This document shows, in pieces, positions 25,315 to 38,308 of a stretch of 64,000 bases of DNA (positions are counted from its first letter, which is position 1; every line of letters begins with the position of its first letter). Made by a program: the position numbers and the translations under genes. Origin of the DNA: Trichosphaerium sp. ATCC 40318 (lineage: Eukaryota; Protista; Tubulinea); the NCBI GenBank assembly GCA_038496445.1, contig JALMLS010000404.1:124001-188000 (forward strand). The letters run 5' to 3'. The notes under the pieces are model-generated. The model had not been told where the DNA came from. It worked only from the letters and a program-made list of their open reading frames with translations, and made no database searches.

Positions 25315-27290
25315 TTATACAACCCTGCGACGGCCCATTTTCCGTACTTTACTATTTGGTTGTTGAACATAAAAAGAAACACAATGTCCACATTCAATAT
25401 GGCTACATAGGTGTTTTAGTAAGAATAAAAAAAGGCACAAAGTTCTTTTGGTTTCACAAATTAGAAGAAATACTTACAATTGAGCTGTATCTTCTGTAAC
25501 TACATACACATGGGAGCTACACTTTTTACAAAAACGCTTATCGCCAGCGCTCATTGCACCTACGTGTCTTTTGTCATGTGGAACTTTTTGAAGATTCTCC
25601 CAGAGCATAGGACACTCGAAGTCCATTGCACAGTTCTCTAATTGAATCATAAGTACAAAAAAACAGACAAAAACGGACTTGATCACACTGCACCGCAATC
25701 ATGTTGTAGGTTCAATAATTCCAAGTACAACGATGATTGTAGTACCAATTAGTGACTTTATAAACATAAGCAGCACTCTAAGTGCAAAGACAGCTGAGAG
25801 TTCTCGATTTTTTTAGAATGGTGTTCATGGATTTGTACCTATTGTTGATGATGGGAAACGTGATCTCTTGGCATGCTTTAACTTTTCTTTTCTGAACAAC
25901 ACCGTAAGTATTACTTCATAATAAAGATGGTAGGACATAGAAGAAGAAATACAAAAACTGTGGTTGGTACCTTGCCAAGAACATTTTTTTCCATGACTTT
26001 ACTTTCAAGTTCTTGTTTTGTTTGTCAAAAGAACGAAAGTAGAGTGGTTTCCATATTGAATTATCACTACTTATTGACTTGAAAGATTTTGATACAAGTG
26101 CTAGATTACAAAGAAAGTATCCTTTTTCTGTTACAGTATGCTAAAAACCAGAAAAAAGTAAGATTTACAGAAACCAAAAAAATTAGAATTGTCGCACTTC
26201 AAAGATTTTTAATGTCAGCTCTTCTGCTAGTTTTCCGATGTGATTGATATCATCAGCAATAAGCTCAGGGCGCGTCTTTAGTGTATTGACATCGAATTTG
26301 AATGGTTTCGATCCAAAATTTGGCTTCATAGCATCAGGATGGGATCCAACTTAAACACATCAATACCATCACGTTTGTTTGATTTTATAGTGACTTACCG
26401 ACTCCGTATAGATCCATACCGCGTGGGATATCATAGAAAAAGATGCCAAGGTATTTTCCATTGCGTGTAGCAAACAAACAAGCCCTTCTGAAGGAGTCTA
26501 CAATGAAACCAAAACCGATAATGTCACCCTTATTGAACGATTCTGTTTTGTCACCAACTTCTCCATTATGCTTTGTGTTACCATCAGCGAAGTATCCATA
26601 CGAACTACATAGCAATGTAAGCACAGACGAGAGAAATAAGACCTAAAAAGCATCGTGGTCGCAGGCACGTGACTAAAAAAATTCGGCATCAGTATAACTT
26701 GCATACTTTTGATAGTCCCCTGGCAGCGTTACAGTATCATTTTTGGACGATGAAGAGAAGCCAATGGCCATACCGCACCTGTAGAAGACAAATAAGTTAA
26801 AGGTGGCCCGTATAAAGCAAAACAAACCTTTCGCCAACTATTTCCGCTTCAAAATATGGAACCTTGTCTCCATTTCTTTCGTAAGGCGTTTTAGAGAATA
26901 CCTTGGGTTTGTAGTAAGCATTAAAACGAATTACTGTGTCACACAAAACCGCACATTAATCATTGTGAATTGCTTGTTTTAACACGTTGCCTTTTATGGG
27001 GAGTGTTAAGATATTTGGTTAAGTCTAGGTAAGCAGGTTTTCGGTTTTTGGAACGCGGTTCATGGTTTATAGCTTAGGGAACTGCTAATCTTGGTAGATG
27101 AACTGGTAATTGTGTAAGATCACAATTGTCACTGCTCCAAACTCATTGGATATCAGTCAACCTTGTTCTCAGCTGAAATGTAATATAACATTTTGGCGAG
27201 GAAAACACATGGCTTCAAGCGACTTATAGTTGTTGCGTACGAACCCACACCAAGGTCAAGACTAAAATTTGTAGTACCATGGCTTGGAGG
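25315..27290 (-). CDS. SPRY/B30.2 + F-box-like + C-terminal Cys-motif protein, multi-exon (5' end uncertain)
   Basis: SPRY motifs YFEAEI, MAIGF, SYGYFADG, FNKGDIIGFG, FATRNGKYLG, NFGSKPFKFD. F-box-like KLAEELTLKIF...NSIWKPLY. C-terminal FECPMLWENL...RFCKKCSSHVY...CGHCV. Confidence 0.75.
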
Positions 27291-27440
27291 AAGACTACAA
27301 TATTATGTCCGTGGCTCGAACACAAACATGAGCTAAGTATCTACAATTCTTTCATTGGAATGTAAATCTAAATATATTGTTACATTCTGTTACTGGCAAT
27401 GTAGCTTCAAGCTTTAATTGAGCATGTGATTGTCTAAAAT

Positions 27441-30400
27441 TTAGTTGTAAGCAAATATAAACTGTATTGTTTGTAGGTAAGTGCGACTGTATTGTTTAAA
27501 TTGACGTACAATAGGCTCTCCAGCATGATCATCTGTTGGGAAATTGAATGAAACTTTTGTATTATCGCCACTAACAGTACATCCTGTTCCATACAGTTTC
27601 TGGTTGATTGTTACAACCAGTTTATTTCCTGATTCATCTCTAGATGGGTTTGATGCTGAGATGCTTACTGATAAGGTGTTAGATATTATTTTAAGGTAAG
27701 TTAACTCAAACAACGTAATACAAGCTGATGTACCTTTGTTTGTTGATTTTCTGACTTGAACAACAGAAGGTTGTGATGCTGTCACAGACCATTCTGTTCC
27801 GTTTACTGATCCAGAAGACCAAAATATAATACTCAGGATTGATAAGTCTATATGTGTTAATACATGAACAAGACACGGAGGGTATAATGACTTGCCTGTG
27901 TTTTCTACAGATGTTTGATATTCGTCATTTTTTATTATTTTGAATTGGTTTGTGTATTTCATCAAGTTTGTCTTGAAGTCTGAATACGACACACCAGGTA
28001 CCTTGTTTGTAAGGAAGATGCTTACATTAAATTGATATTGTGCATACAAGAGTGTATTGGTATGAACCATGTTGTACACCAACACCATGGTCAAGGTACA
28101 TGTTGAAAACATTTCTATGTTTTGATGTTAAGTGAGAAATACAATTTGGACAACTTTTTTACCTTGAGATTGGACTGTCTGATCCTGTTCCGATTTCAAA
28201 CCAAGTTCCATTCTGTACATCGTTATTCAGCTGTACAGATGTTGGTGATGGGAAAAGGTATCCGACATTGTTATGATGAACCCACCTAGTTTAAACTGTT
28301 TCAATACATTCAACAACAAAGCGAAAAGAACATTTCAGATAACGTACTTCAGGGAAGATAAAGAATGCTTTCCCTTTGACAAAGGTGTAGATGATGCAGA
28401 TGTATATACGTCGCCTTCAAGTAGGCACTAGGAAAGCGTGTAAAGTACAATGTTTCAGATAAGTCAACAACAAAAAGAAAGTGACAAAAGAGATAAAAAG
28501 GAATAAACATCCTCATAAGTGGTGTGTACCTGATTAATAGATGTTGTTACTTTTTGGTTTGTTGATATATTTATAGAGTTACCAAGTGCTACAACCAAAT
28601 CATCATAAAAGAACCAACTCTTTCTGTAACACGAAAGATTAACGAAAATAGTTTGAATTAGAAAGCGCACTTTGCAGAGATTGGACCTTTGAACGGACTT
28701 CTAAAATCGTATGCAGCAACACCATAAAGTCCATCTGATACACCACCAACGAAACTTGTTGTACCAAGCGTTTTAGTCTTATCACAAGAGAATGTACCAC
28801 CTTAGGATATTACGTAACACACCAAACCCACAGTGAAAACAATATTATTTTTACCTTCTGTTGATGTAATACCAGGTATCTTCTCCCAGTCCCAAGTCGG
28901 AAATATATTCACATATTCAGCGCCTTGAAACAAAAAAGTCAAACCAGTTTAGAGCAACACGTGTAATAATGTTAATCACGTGCGAAAACATTCTTCGGAA
29001 AAGCAAAATAAAACAACCAAAAGAATACCTGTTGTGTAAATGTAATTGGTTCCATCTGATAAATGAACTGATTTCTTTCCTTCAGTGTTGACACATTCAG
29101 CATTGTATGTCCTTTTAGAAAACACTGTATACAAGAAAATAAATGAGAAACAAAATAACATGCCGGATTCGTAGTTGTATGGCGAACAATTTTTTCGTAC
29201 TTTTAATTGATACAGTGTATGCGTGTCTATAATGTGTCATAAAATCAGCCATCCAAAAAAATCTATTTGCTTCTGGTTTCAGCGGTTTTCCAGTTTCTGT
29301 GAGACCATTATTAAAACCATTCCTCCCGGGCTTTCAGAAGTAACGTACTTAAACGAGATGCATACGCTTCATATTCGCCTTGACGTGATCCAGGTACATC
29401 ACCTAACATTGTTGCATTCCAAGCAACTTTCAATCCATTTACTCTTGTGATGGCACGTCCTAAAAACTCTTTAAAAAAACATAAATAGTTTGGTTACCTT
29501 TGGATGAAATATCCCATACATTACCGCGCATTAGCCACTAAATGTAGTGTGTTAGTGACTTAATTTATATGCGATAAAAACATAACGTACCTGTTGACCA
29601 TCAAGTACGTCTTTGGAAAGTATTGATAGCTTACTTTGAGGAATCTCAAAAGCAGTATTCTTTGTTGAGAAAATAACTTGAACTATATCAGCTGTATATT
29701 CAGCGCCATAACTACCAGAATACAACTATTCACTGTATCAGTTAAACAACAAAGTAACTACACGATCTCACTCTGGAACCATGTTGAAAGAATGAACCAT
29801 CTATTTTAATACCATCTTCTCCACCAGGTGTGAAAACAACAGTTGAGTAAATCCTGTTTAAAAAAACTTGTAAACAAAAAAGCCGGCCGTAAACAACTTA
29901 CTTATCAAACGCCTCTGACATGTATGATACGTCTCCGTTAACACAAGCACTGTACGTATGTATCAAGCCCATCCCTATGGTATTATCTCCAGTTTCACCT
30001 TTCCAATCAGCTCTTGCCATAATTTGAACCATTTTCGAAGTTTGGTTGTTGTTTAGTTCTGATCCAACTAAAACTGCAATCTCTCCCATCTGCAATGGAA
30101 CACCAATTTCATTCCACCACCTAATTTTGAATTAAATAAAATTCAACGTATCTGTACCATACCAGTTAGGATTTTTGAAGTCCTTCACAAGCCAGAAATT
30201 GAGTGCGAGATTCAGCTATTCGAGTGTTGGTAAACAAAAGGAACAAGCAATGGCTCACCGTTTCCCACAGCGTCTTGTCGTGATACAATGATCCACCATT
30301 TAGACTATAAACTTCTACCATTGCGGTAACACGATATACATGCTCTACAGTCTTCCACCCAGAGCGTTCTTGATCTTTGTAATCTACACCAAAGTTAGAA

Positions 30401-30710
30401 AACAAGCAAGAAGTTAGATTTAAATCAATAAACCGGTTTTAAAACACGTGCCAATATCAGGCCAAGTTCCATTCTTTTCAAGTGTGGCCATATACTGCTT
30501 TACACTCGCATCTTGAGACTTATGACTTGCTGACGCAAGGAATATACTCCTAGCCAATAAATAAGAACGTTTGAAGCGGTGGTAAACGGTTTGCCTGTAA
30601 TTGTCTTTTACTATTTCCAAATCGGTTGTAGACGCTATGCTGGAACTGCATACATAGTTCGAAGTGACTACGAGTATTAAATATACGACAAGCGCACGTG
30701 ATACCATAAT
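27441..30710 (-). CDS. Polysaccharide lyase family 8, copy 2 (inverted duplicate)
   Basis: Reverse complement of about 21550-24895 with the same intron positions and PL8 motifs. Confidence 0.92.
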
Positions 30711-30962
30711 CGTCTTTGAAAGTAACGGTCAAACGTGGTTGAACTTCAACCAAAAGCCGACTTTCAAAAAACCGATAGTTAAGTGATAACTTTTGAAACG
30801 AACATATTTTCATTCTCCTAGTAGCTTAGTTTATGTCAAGATTTTTATTAAAAGGCGTTCTTGTATTCCTACGACATAAGATCTACAAAGAAAAATCAGA
30901 AGTTTCACTTAACCGTTTAAACACCTTAACAAGCCATTTAATCAAATAATTGGTCTGCGGGA

Positions 30963-33472
30963 ATGGAACCCACGCATCCTTTTCATGTTGACGCTGTTTT
31001 AAGTGTATTGTTTGGACATGTAGAGTTGAAATGTTTACTTTCATGTCAAAGTGTCTGTAAGCGCTGGAAAAAGGTTGGCAGCTCAAATTGGTTGTGGAAA
31101 ACGTACGTAACTACCGTTTATAGAAAAACTAAGTTATTTTACTCTTATTTATCCTCTTATCGCCCAGACTAACACTTTATTAGTAAATGCAGCGGGTTTT
31201 GTTTCGAAACAATGGCTGAAAAGCAAAATTACCTTAAACCACCTCAAGGCTTTTCATACCAACAGTTATACAAGGCACATACACAAAGTACGTGATTAGA
31301 ACCATAAATAGAGTAAAACCTCAGCCAGTTGTCATTTCTACAACTCGCCCGAACGAACGGAAAAACAAGTTTATGTCGTTGTTTAGGTGGACGTTGTAGA
31401 CGCAATTATGTTGTTAAAAGTGAACCACACTTAAAGAAGATTTCTTTTGAAACACCCGAAGAAAGAGGACAACCAAGAATGGTGTAAGTTTCACTAACCA
31501 CGTGATAATCAATTAAAAAAACAAATTCTTCTTTTATTCTGAAAAAAAAAACTCACAAAGAATTCAGTAGGGGCTTGCGTGAAGAAGATAGATATACATC
31601 AATAAAGGTTGATGGCAAGAAATCAGTATATTTGGGATCTGGTTCGCAAACTGGAGCATTTTGGTGGTCACATGTGGCTACAGCAGATGTTTCTGTTGAA
31701 AGTATTTCAAGTGCTTTAAATGCCAATCACGGAGATTGTTTTAGTCTGGAAGATGACAACCTACTCAGTACCTTGAGTTCTATTTTCCCTGATGGATCGT
31801 AAGTTCATGATATACTCTTACAATTGATTGTACTTAAATACATTACTTTAGGTATGACGTTATGCAAATTTTTGTTAGACCTGAGCTAGTCGAAAACAAA
31901 TTAAAAACAATCGACAAAGAAGCAACTGATTTCGATGAAAAAGATTACTGGTCAAACGAATGGGCTAAATATTGGGTACGTGGTTTTGATATTCTCCTTT
32001 CAGAAACCCTTTTTTTGCGACAAACAGTTTGTCAACAAAACCTGAACGGTTTGTATTTGAGTCGAAAACGTTGTCAATGTCTGCTTGAGTGTTCACTTTA
32101 GAAATCGTCTAGATTCATATAAGGAACCAGGCTTTACCGCCTTTTAGCATATCTGTTAGCTAGACTTCTTTATATTGATAGTCAATACTGAGGGAAGCGT
32201 AGAGGATTCTGAAAGTGTAGACACCTTTACTTTTATTTTGTTTGGTTTTAATACATCTCAATGGGGTACAGTGTACTCACTTTTCTTTCTAGGACTGGTG
32301 TGAGTTCTCTACAGAAGCAAAGAAAGAAATCAACATTGGTTGTCCTTCTTACTATCGTTGCTTTTATCAGCAAGACGAAAAAGAGTTTAGGGTTAACACA
32401 ATCAATCCATTTCAAAAAATGTCATCTCTTGATGAATCACGTGTTAATTACTATGTTAATAAGCTTAAAAAAGGTGAAATACCTACAGCTATGTCCTTTG
32501 GTATGATTGATCGTCGTGGAACACCGTACCCAACAAAGAACTATTTGTTAAAGCAAAGCATACATACTGTTCTTTCAAATTTTCTGATTGATGGACATCA
32601 CAAGATAGCAGCTGCAGCTAGATGTAACCTACCTTGTTCATTGCTTGTTTTCTTACCCAAACAACCTCTTATATACTTTCACCAAGACCCACTCCGTAAT
32701 TATGACAGGGAAATATCATTCTTTACTGGCCAAGGATTTTCGAGAGGTACAACAGCAAAAAAAGCAAAAAACCCAAAAAAAAACTTCTTTTTTTCCTGCC
32801 CATAGAAAGACTTTGAGTTTTATTTCACTTATGAAACAATGGTTTCAAGGTGCAGTTGGGGGAACAAACAATTTGAACTGTTCAAGTAAAAATATTGTTG
32901 TTTACGCTTGCAATCACACTTTCCCTCTTTTTTCTTATTGTTTTTTGTAGTTAAATGTCGTTCAAGGCATGCTTTGCCGTACCCTTCAGATCCTCCATTT
33001 TTGATGATTCAGGACTTCTCTTCTTTATCATGGTATTTGACTCTTAAGAAAGAGGACATAGCTAATCTTTGGTGCTACATCTTTAAGGAGAACTATGATG
33101 GTGGAACCGAAACAAAGGTATGTTTCTTTTTTTTTTAAGTCTTTTTTTTAAATTCTTGTACCCACGTTCCTTGTGGCTACTGTTGGGGTTTTTTGCCATT
33201 AATATGGCTCTTTTTTAAAGCAAATATTGTTGATATACTTGTAACCATTGAGAAGAATGTTGACACGTTTAATTTAGTGGAATCCTGAGGAAGTTGTTAA
33301 GTCTGTTGTTTTTTCTAAAGATAAAAAACGATGTAAGGTAGAGTTTAGTAAATTACAATATCTTAAGGATGCTGTATCTGTTAGCGGATATTGTTATAAC
33401 TATGAAGGCAAGCTGGTAAAATTTTCAGGACACTACCTAGATGTTAAGCATTACATGAAAAAAAGTAAATAA
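30963..33472 (+). CDS. F-box protein with ParB/Srx-like IDGHHK motif domain, multi-exon (3' exon joins uncertain)
   Basis: FHVDAVLSVLFGHVELKCLLSCQSVCKRWKKVGSSNWLWK (F-box); later LDESRVNYYVNKLKKGEIPTA...FLIDGHHKIAAAA...SLLVFL. Confidence 0.7.
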
Positions 33473-34098
33473 AAAACAGCTAGCTGGTAAACAACATTCA
33501 GTTTGATTGATTTATCTATACATTAGTAGTACTACTGGAGGTAATTACATCATATTACCCGATCTAGCCATGATTCGGAATCCTAGTTGGATGTAGCATC
33601 TGTTGTTTGGGCGTTAACGACAATTAGCAATAGATAGTAATTTACCTGCGAAATAGTCAACTTCGCCTTTCTTGTTTAATTAGACATTCATCAGTGATAA
33701 GTTTATAGATGGAGTTCCAAGATGTTTGTTTCACTGACGGGATATTAGAGCGAATACACGTATTTGTAGCGTTGATACCTTCAATTTAATGCGGTATCTA
33801 GGCGTTGTTTTGACATTAAATGTTGATAATGTGTTCGGTGGACGTTGGAGTATTCGAGGTAAAAGTATTAGTAAATTATTAAAGGAATATTCATCTAAAA
33901 AGAGTATTTTGTTCCAAATTTGAATTGAATTTCCTAACTCGACAAGTACAGTGAATTGTAGGTTTGTGACACAAATAAAAAAGCCGCAAACTGTTTCATT
34001 TTAAGCAAATACAAAAGATGATGAGCAAGGTCCACCTTCTAAAAGGCTACAAAAAACAGTGTCGGTAATACCACCAACATCAACAACGACACAACTAT
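32700..34098. repeat. Left arm of an inverted segmental duplication (partner 59806-64000 minus the transposon)
   Basis: Near-identical reverse complement. Contains the empty transposon site near 33760 and a 5'-only fragment MMSKVPPSKRLQKTVSVIPPTSTTTQL (34018-34098). Confidence 0.92.
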
Positions 34099-34249
34099 AC
34101 TTACAAGCCAGCTACTGTCTGTTTTTAGCCTTTTTTGTAGTATCAAGTAATGTGATTACATACTTTGACATGTGGCCTAATCAGCTTGTTTTATCACGTG
34201 ATATAGCAACACGCTTTAACTAACGATAGTACTGAGAATTACACCCGAA

Positions 34250-34410
34250 ATTTGCCTCCCTTCACCATCAATGTTCTTCCTAATTGCCCATTGTAATGCC
34301 ACTTGTACTCCTCCATAATGTATGCTGTGTTCCTCAGTATTGTACAATGTGTATCACTATGAACCACTATGTTACCCATCCTTTTTTCATTCACACCATT
34401 ATCGCTCATA
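34250..34410 (-). pseudogene. Degenerate MORN2 fragment
   Basis: Residual EEYKWHYNGQL. Confidence 0.4.
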
Positions 34411-36310
34411 ATGAATACAACACATCATATTACTGTACTATTGCCTCTTTTAGTATTAATTTGGTTTCAAGGTACCTAATAGCTTCTTATGACACTCTAA
34501 AATAACATTAGCGTTCGCTTTGGAGTTGAACCTATGGAGCGATTTGCGTACCCTAGGTTTGGAACAAGTACTGGAGAGTGCTAATGAAGAGGTTCGCGAT
34601 CCTGTCATCGCTACCGGTACCATATCAGGCAAGGGAGATGTTATCTGTATAGCTGTTCGGATTTTTGGTATTGTCGGCGGGTCGCTAAGAACGACTGGTT
34701 TCGCTCTTATGATGGGTACTATTGAAGGCAAGTCAAGTTTTCAATTATCACGTGCTGACTATTGACGTGTTCTTAGAAATTTCTGGAGGAACTGCAAGTG
34801 TCCATAGAGTCTCAGTACCAGTGGCTTACTTACAGATTGTATACGGAAATGATGAGTTTGCTGTGTTAACTCGAGATACTGTTGGCCCTGCAAATATTAC
34901 CTTGTACCTACGATTTTTTGGGTACAATGGAGGCGTACATACTATGTCAATGCTGTTGGTATCTAACATTTATCCGTAGTTAACAGTTTCAGAGCCTCTC
35001 GAACTACTTACCAGTAGCACTAGTTTCGAAGCAGACCATGGTTTCGCCTTCGCTAGACGTACGTTATAAACAAGCGTCATAATGAGATTATTAACCTACT
35101 GTTAGCTACAAATACATATATGATTGTTAGAAAAAAGTATCACCCTATCTTTGTGAACGAAGACAAGGAAGTTGACCTTAGTAATAGGCAATGTACATTA
35201 CAATAGCACTTATTACAGTACAAACTAACCTTTTTTTAGTCCTTCTAGTCGAGGGCATAAGGCCTATAAGACATACAACAGCAGTTGCCATGGACGAATG
35301 CTTCCTTTTTTTATTTTCTAAAGAAGATGAAATCAACACACGGTCTATCACTTCTCCCTACACTGAGGTAAATTTAAAACAAATGCACAAATACTTCAAA
35401 TGACATTTCTGATAGATGATGACACGTGTTGGCGAATATGGCACCACTTCACCTTTCCATAAGTCTGTAGCATATAATCCAGTATCCAAACGTGCAGCGG
35501 TGTTTTTATACACACATTTTAACTCCAATACCATTCTGAGAATTAAGCAGCTAGCCCTGGATTGTTCAGTTCCAGGGTTTATACCGAGAGAAACTGACTC
35601 CGATATTCTATCAAGCAACCATCCAATTGATTTCAATTCAAACAACGTGGTAATAGCTCCTTCTTCACATGACAGCTATGCCTTCATTGCCTCTGTCATA
35701 AGAACAGAAGGTGGTAGAAAGACAGTCCTCTATACCATAACAAGTAAAAACAAAATAACTGAAACTGTTTTACCAAATGAACCGTATGAACCTGTAACTC
35801 AGGCTGTAGTATCAGTACCAAGTGCTGGAACAAGGTGTGTTATTGGTGTTGTACGTACTAATGGAATAATAAACGCTTGTTTAACAAACATATAAGGTTG
35901 TGACACAAGGGCCAAAGACAGTTTCAATTTTTTTCGCAGATGAGAAATATTTATGTCCTCCTCCACCTACTCGTTCTCCACCAACAGAGGCTCCTACAGA
36001 AACCCCTACAACGCCATCTCCAACAAGTTCACCTTTTGTACCTCCATCACGTGATTCAGCCCAAACACCTACGCCATCAGCTTCCCCGATTGATTCAATC
36101 GCTCCAAGTGAAGAAGAACCCACAACATCAGCTACAATACAACCAAATGCGATTTCCCCACCGATTGACTCAAGTGCTCCAAGTCAAGAACCTACAACAA
36201 ACCCAGATTTAACTCCAACTATGTCTAGCACAGCTATGTTGGAAGGCGATATAAGTTTGATTCTCCTCTCAGGATGCTCGATACTATGCCTTTTACTGTA
36301 CACAGTGTAA
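34411..36310 (+). CDS. Secreted/likely GPI-anchored surface protein with Pro/Thr/Ser stalk, multi-exon
   Basis: Signal-like MNTTHHITVLLPLLVLIWFQ, beta-rich exons, PPPTRSPPTEAPTETPT stalk and hydrophobic end ISLILLSGCSILCLLLYTV. Confidence 0.75.
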
Positions 36311-36763
36311 TCTGCATGTTACAAATCAACAATAAACTGTTTGTTCTTATTGTACGCCTCCAATTTTCTTCAGCCTATTGACCAGATATTATCTAGTGCT
36401 TTTTTTTTTTTTTAGTTTTATTACCTATGTTCTATATACAACGTTAATCCTCAGAACAGCAATACACTATTATCAAAAAAGCAAAAGCACTTTGATTTGA
36501 CTACGCAACATCTTTAAAAACAATTCAAATACAAGTGACCTAGTAATGTTGTTATTCTGCAATTACACAAGGAGCAAATAAAATGACGGTACAAGCCAAT
36601 GCTTTGTTACACTTAGGATTAATATAATGCCAAACGTTTATTTGAAATTGTTTGTATTGCCTACAACACGTGTCTATTTTGAAACACAGAATCTCACCTG
36701 ATTTTTTTATGCTTATTGGTATTGAAATAGTGCTGTTCATGCTTGTAATTTACCATCTGCCCA

Positions 36764-37840
36764 TTATGGGTCTTCATTTAATTTACCATTGACATAATGT
36801 TGTTTAAGCTTGAAATGGCCATCTTCATGCCATTCTTTGTGCTCACCATGCTTTTCATTATTAACATACATTGTTGTCGATCGTAGTTGCCCATTTTCAT
36901 ACCATTTCAAGAGTTCACCTTGTGCCTGACCTTCAGTATATGTGCGCTGGTAGCTTAGTTGTCCGTTCATGTACCATTCCTTATATTCTCCATGTAACTT
37001 ATCATTAGCACACATACCTTTTGTGTGGAGTTGTCCACTCTCATACCACTCTCTGAACTCGCCATTTTCTTTCCCATTTACATAAATAGCTTGAGAAGCC
37101 AATATTCCATTATCATACCACTCTTTGGATTCGCCATGCTTAATACCTTCAACAAACACCTCAAGATCACATATTTGTCCATTTTCATAATATCTTGTAC
37201 AATCACCATCTTTCAAGCCGTTCTTGAACATTGATTGAAAAGCCAACTTTCCATTCTCGTACCATTCTTTCTGTTCACCATGCTTCTTATCATTCACATA
37301 TGTTATCTTTAGTTCTAATTGCCCATTTTCATAATACTCGCGGTGCTCACCATTTTGTTTACCATCAACATAGAATGTATGTATCTTGATTTGTCCATTC
37401 AGATGCCATTGTTTGCCCTCTCCACTCTCTTTACCATCCTCAAAATTACATTGTGCATTGACTTGGCCTCCTTCATACCAACTCTTATACATACCATGCC
37501 TCTCGTCATCAACAAAATTTGTTTCAAACAAAAGTTGTCCATTCACGTGCCATTTTTTCTGTTTCCCATTTCTTTTATCTTCAAGCATCATCGTTTGACT
37601 GCGTAAACATCCATTTGGATACCAACGTAACCAAAGGCCTTTTGTTTCAAGTTTTTCATCAAAATGGGTGTTGATTGCAGCTTTTTTAGAGAGTGTATGG
37701 AACTTTATGAATATTTCTTCATTGAAAGTGCATAAATACCTTTGAATATCATTTGGTAGGTCTAGTAGATTACATACAGTAATACTAGGGCAATAATTCT
37801 TGCGGTATGATAGCGCATGTTTATACATTTCAAGAGACAA
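36764..37840 (-). CDS. F-box-like + MORN2 repeat protein (intronless)
   Basis: LLDLPNDIQRYLCTF, then about 12 24-aa repeats of type GExKEWYENGQL. Confidence 0.9.
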   Translation of the reverse strand: MSLEMYKHALSYRKNYCPSITVCNLLDLPNDIQRYLCTFNEEIFIKFHTLSKKAAINTHFDEKLETKGLWLRWYPNGCLRSQTMMLEDKRNGKQKKWHVNGQLLFETNFVDDERHGMYKSWYEGGQVNAQCNFEDGKESGEGKQWHLNGQIKIHTFYVDGKQNGEHREYYENGQLELKITYVNDKKHGEQKEWYENGKLAFQSMFKNGLKDGDCTRYYENGQICDLEVFVEGIKHGESKEWYDNGILASQAIYVNGKENGEFREWYESGQLHTKGMCANDKLHGEYKEWYMNGQLSYQRTYTEGQAQGELLKWYENGQLRSTTMYVNNEKHGEHKEWHEDGHFKLKQHYVNGKLNEDP

Positions 37841-37939
37841 GGTATCTAAGTGCTAGAACCGAGGTTGTACTGAATGGCAACTTAAACGTCTTTTTAAGCC
37901 TCAAGACACACGTGCGTTTTTCTTGTAATTTTTTCTTCA

Positions 37940-38308
37940 ATGTCTACGCTATCATTGACCACTATTTTCGTTGTAATAATGTTTGCAAGCTCAGGACATA
38001 ACGAAGAGGAAGAAGCATGTATTGGTAAATGGTGCTCAAAACTCTACGAACATGCAGATGGTAAAGCTGGAACTTTTTGTGCTGATAAATGGGGATCATG
38101 CCCAGGTAACTACTATGACGATGTACGTACTTGTTCATCTCCAACGCGTTTCACTCAATGAAAAGCTTAGTATAACCGCATTCCAAACAAGAAAAACTGT
38201 GGTAAACGATGCAATAAGCGAACACCTAGCGCCGGAAGATGTAACCATAATCATGGCACTATGTGGTCCGCTGGCGCTCCTAGAGTTACCCGCTATGAAT
38301 GCAAATAA
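37940..38308 (+). CDS. Small secreted 8-cysteine peptide precursor (intron 38123-38170)
   Basis: MSTLSLTTIFVVIMFASSG-HNEEEEA-CIGKWC...FCADKWGSC; a gtacgt...ttag intron joins in frame to YNRIPNKKNCGKRCNKRTPSAGRCNHNHGTMWSAGAPRVTRYECK*. Confidence 0.75.

Noticed and set aside
35181-35240. Apparent GC donor at 35188
   Set aside because: Its phase does not fit the next exon; nearby GT donors give the correct frame.
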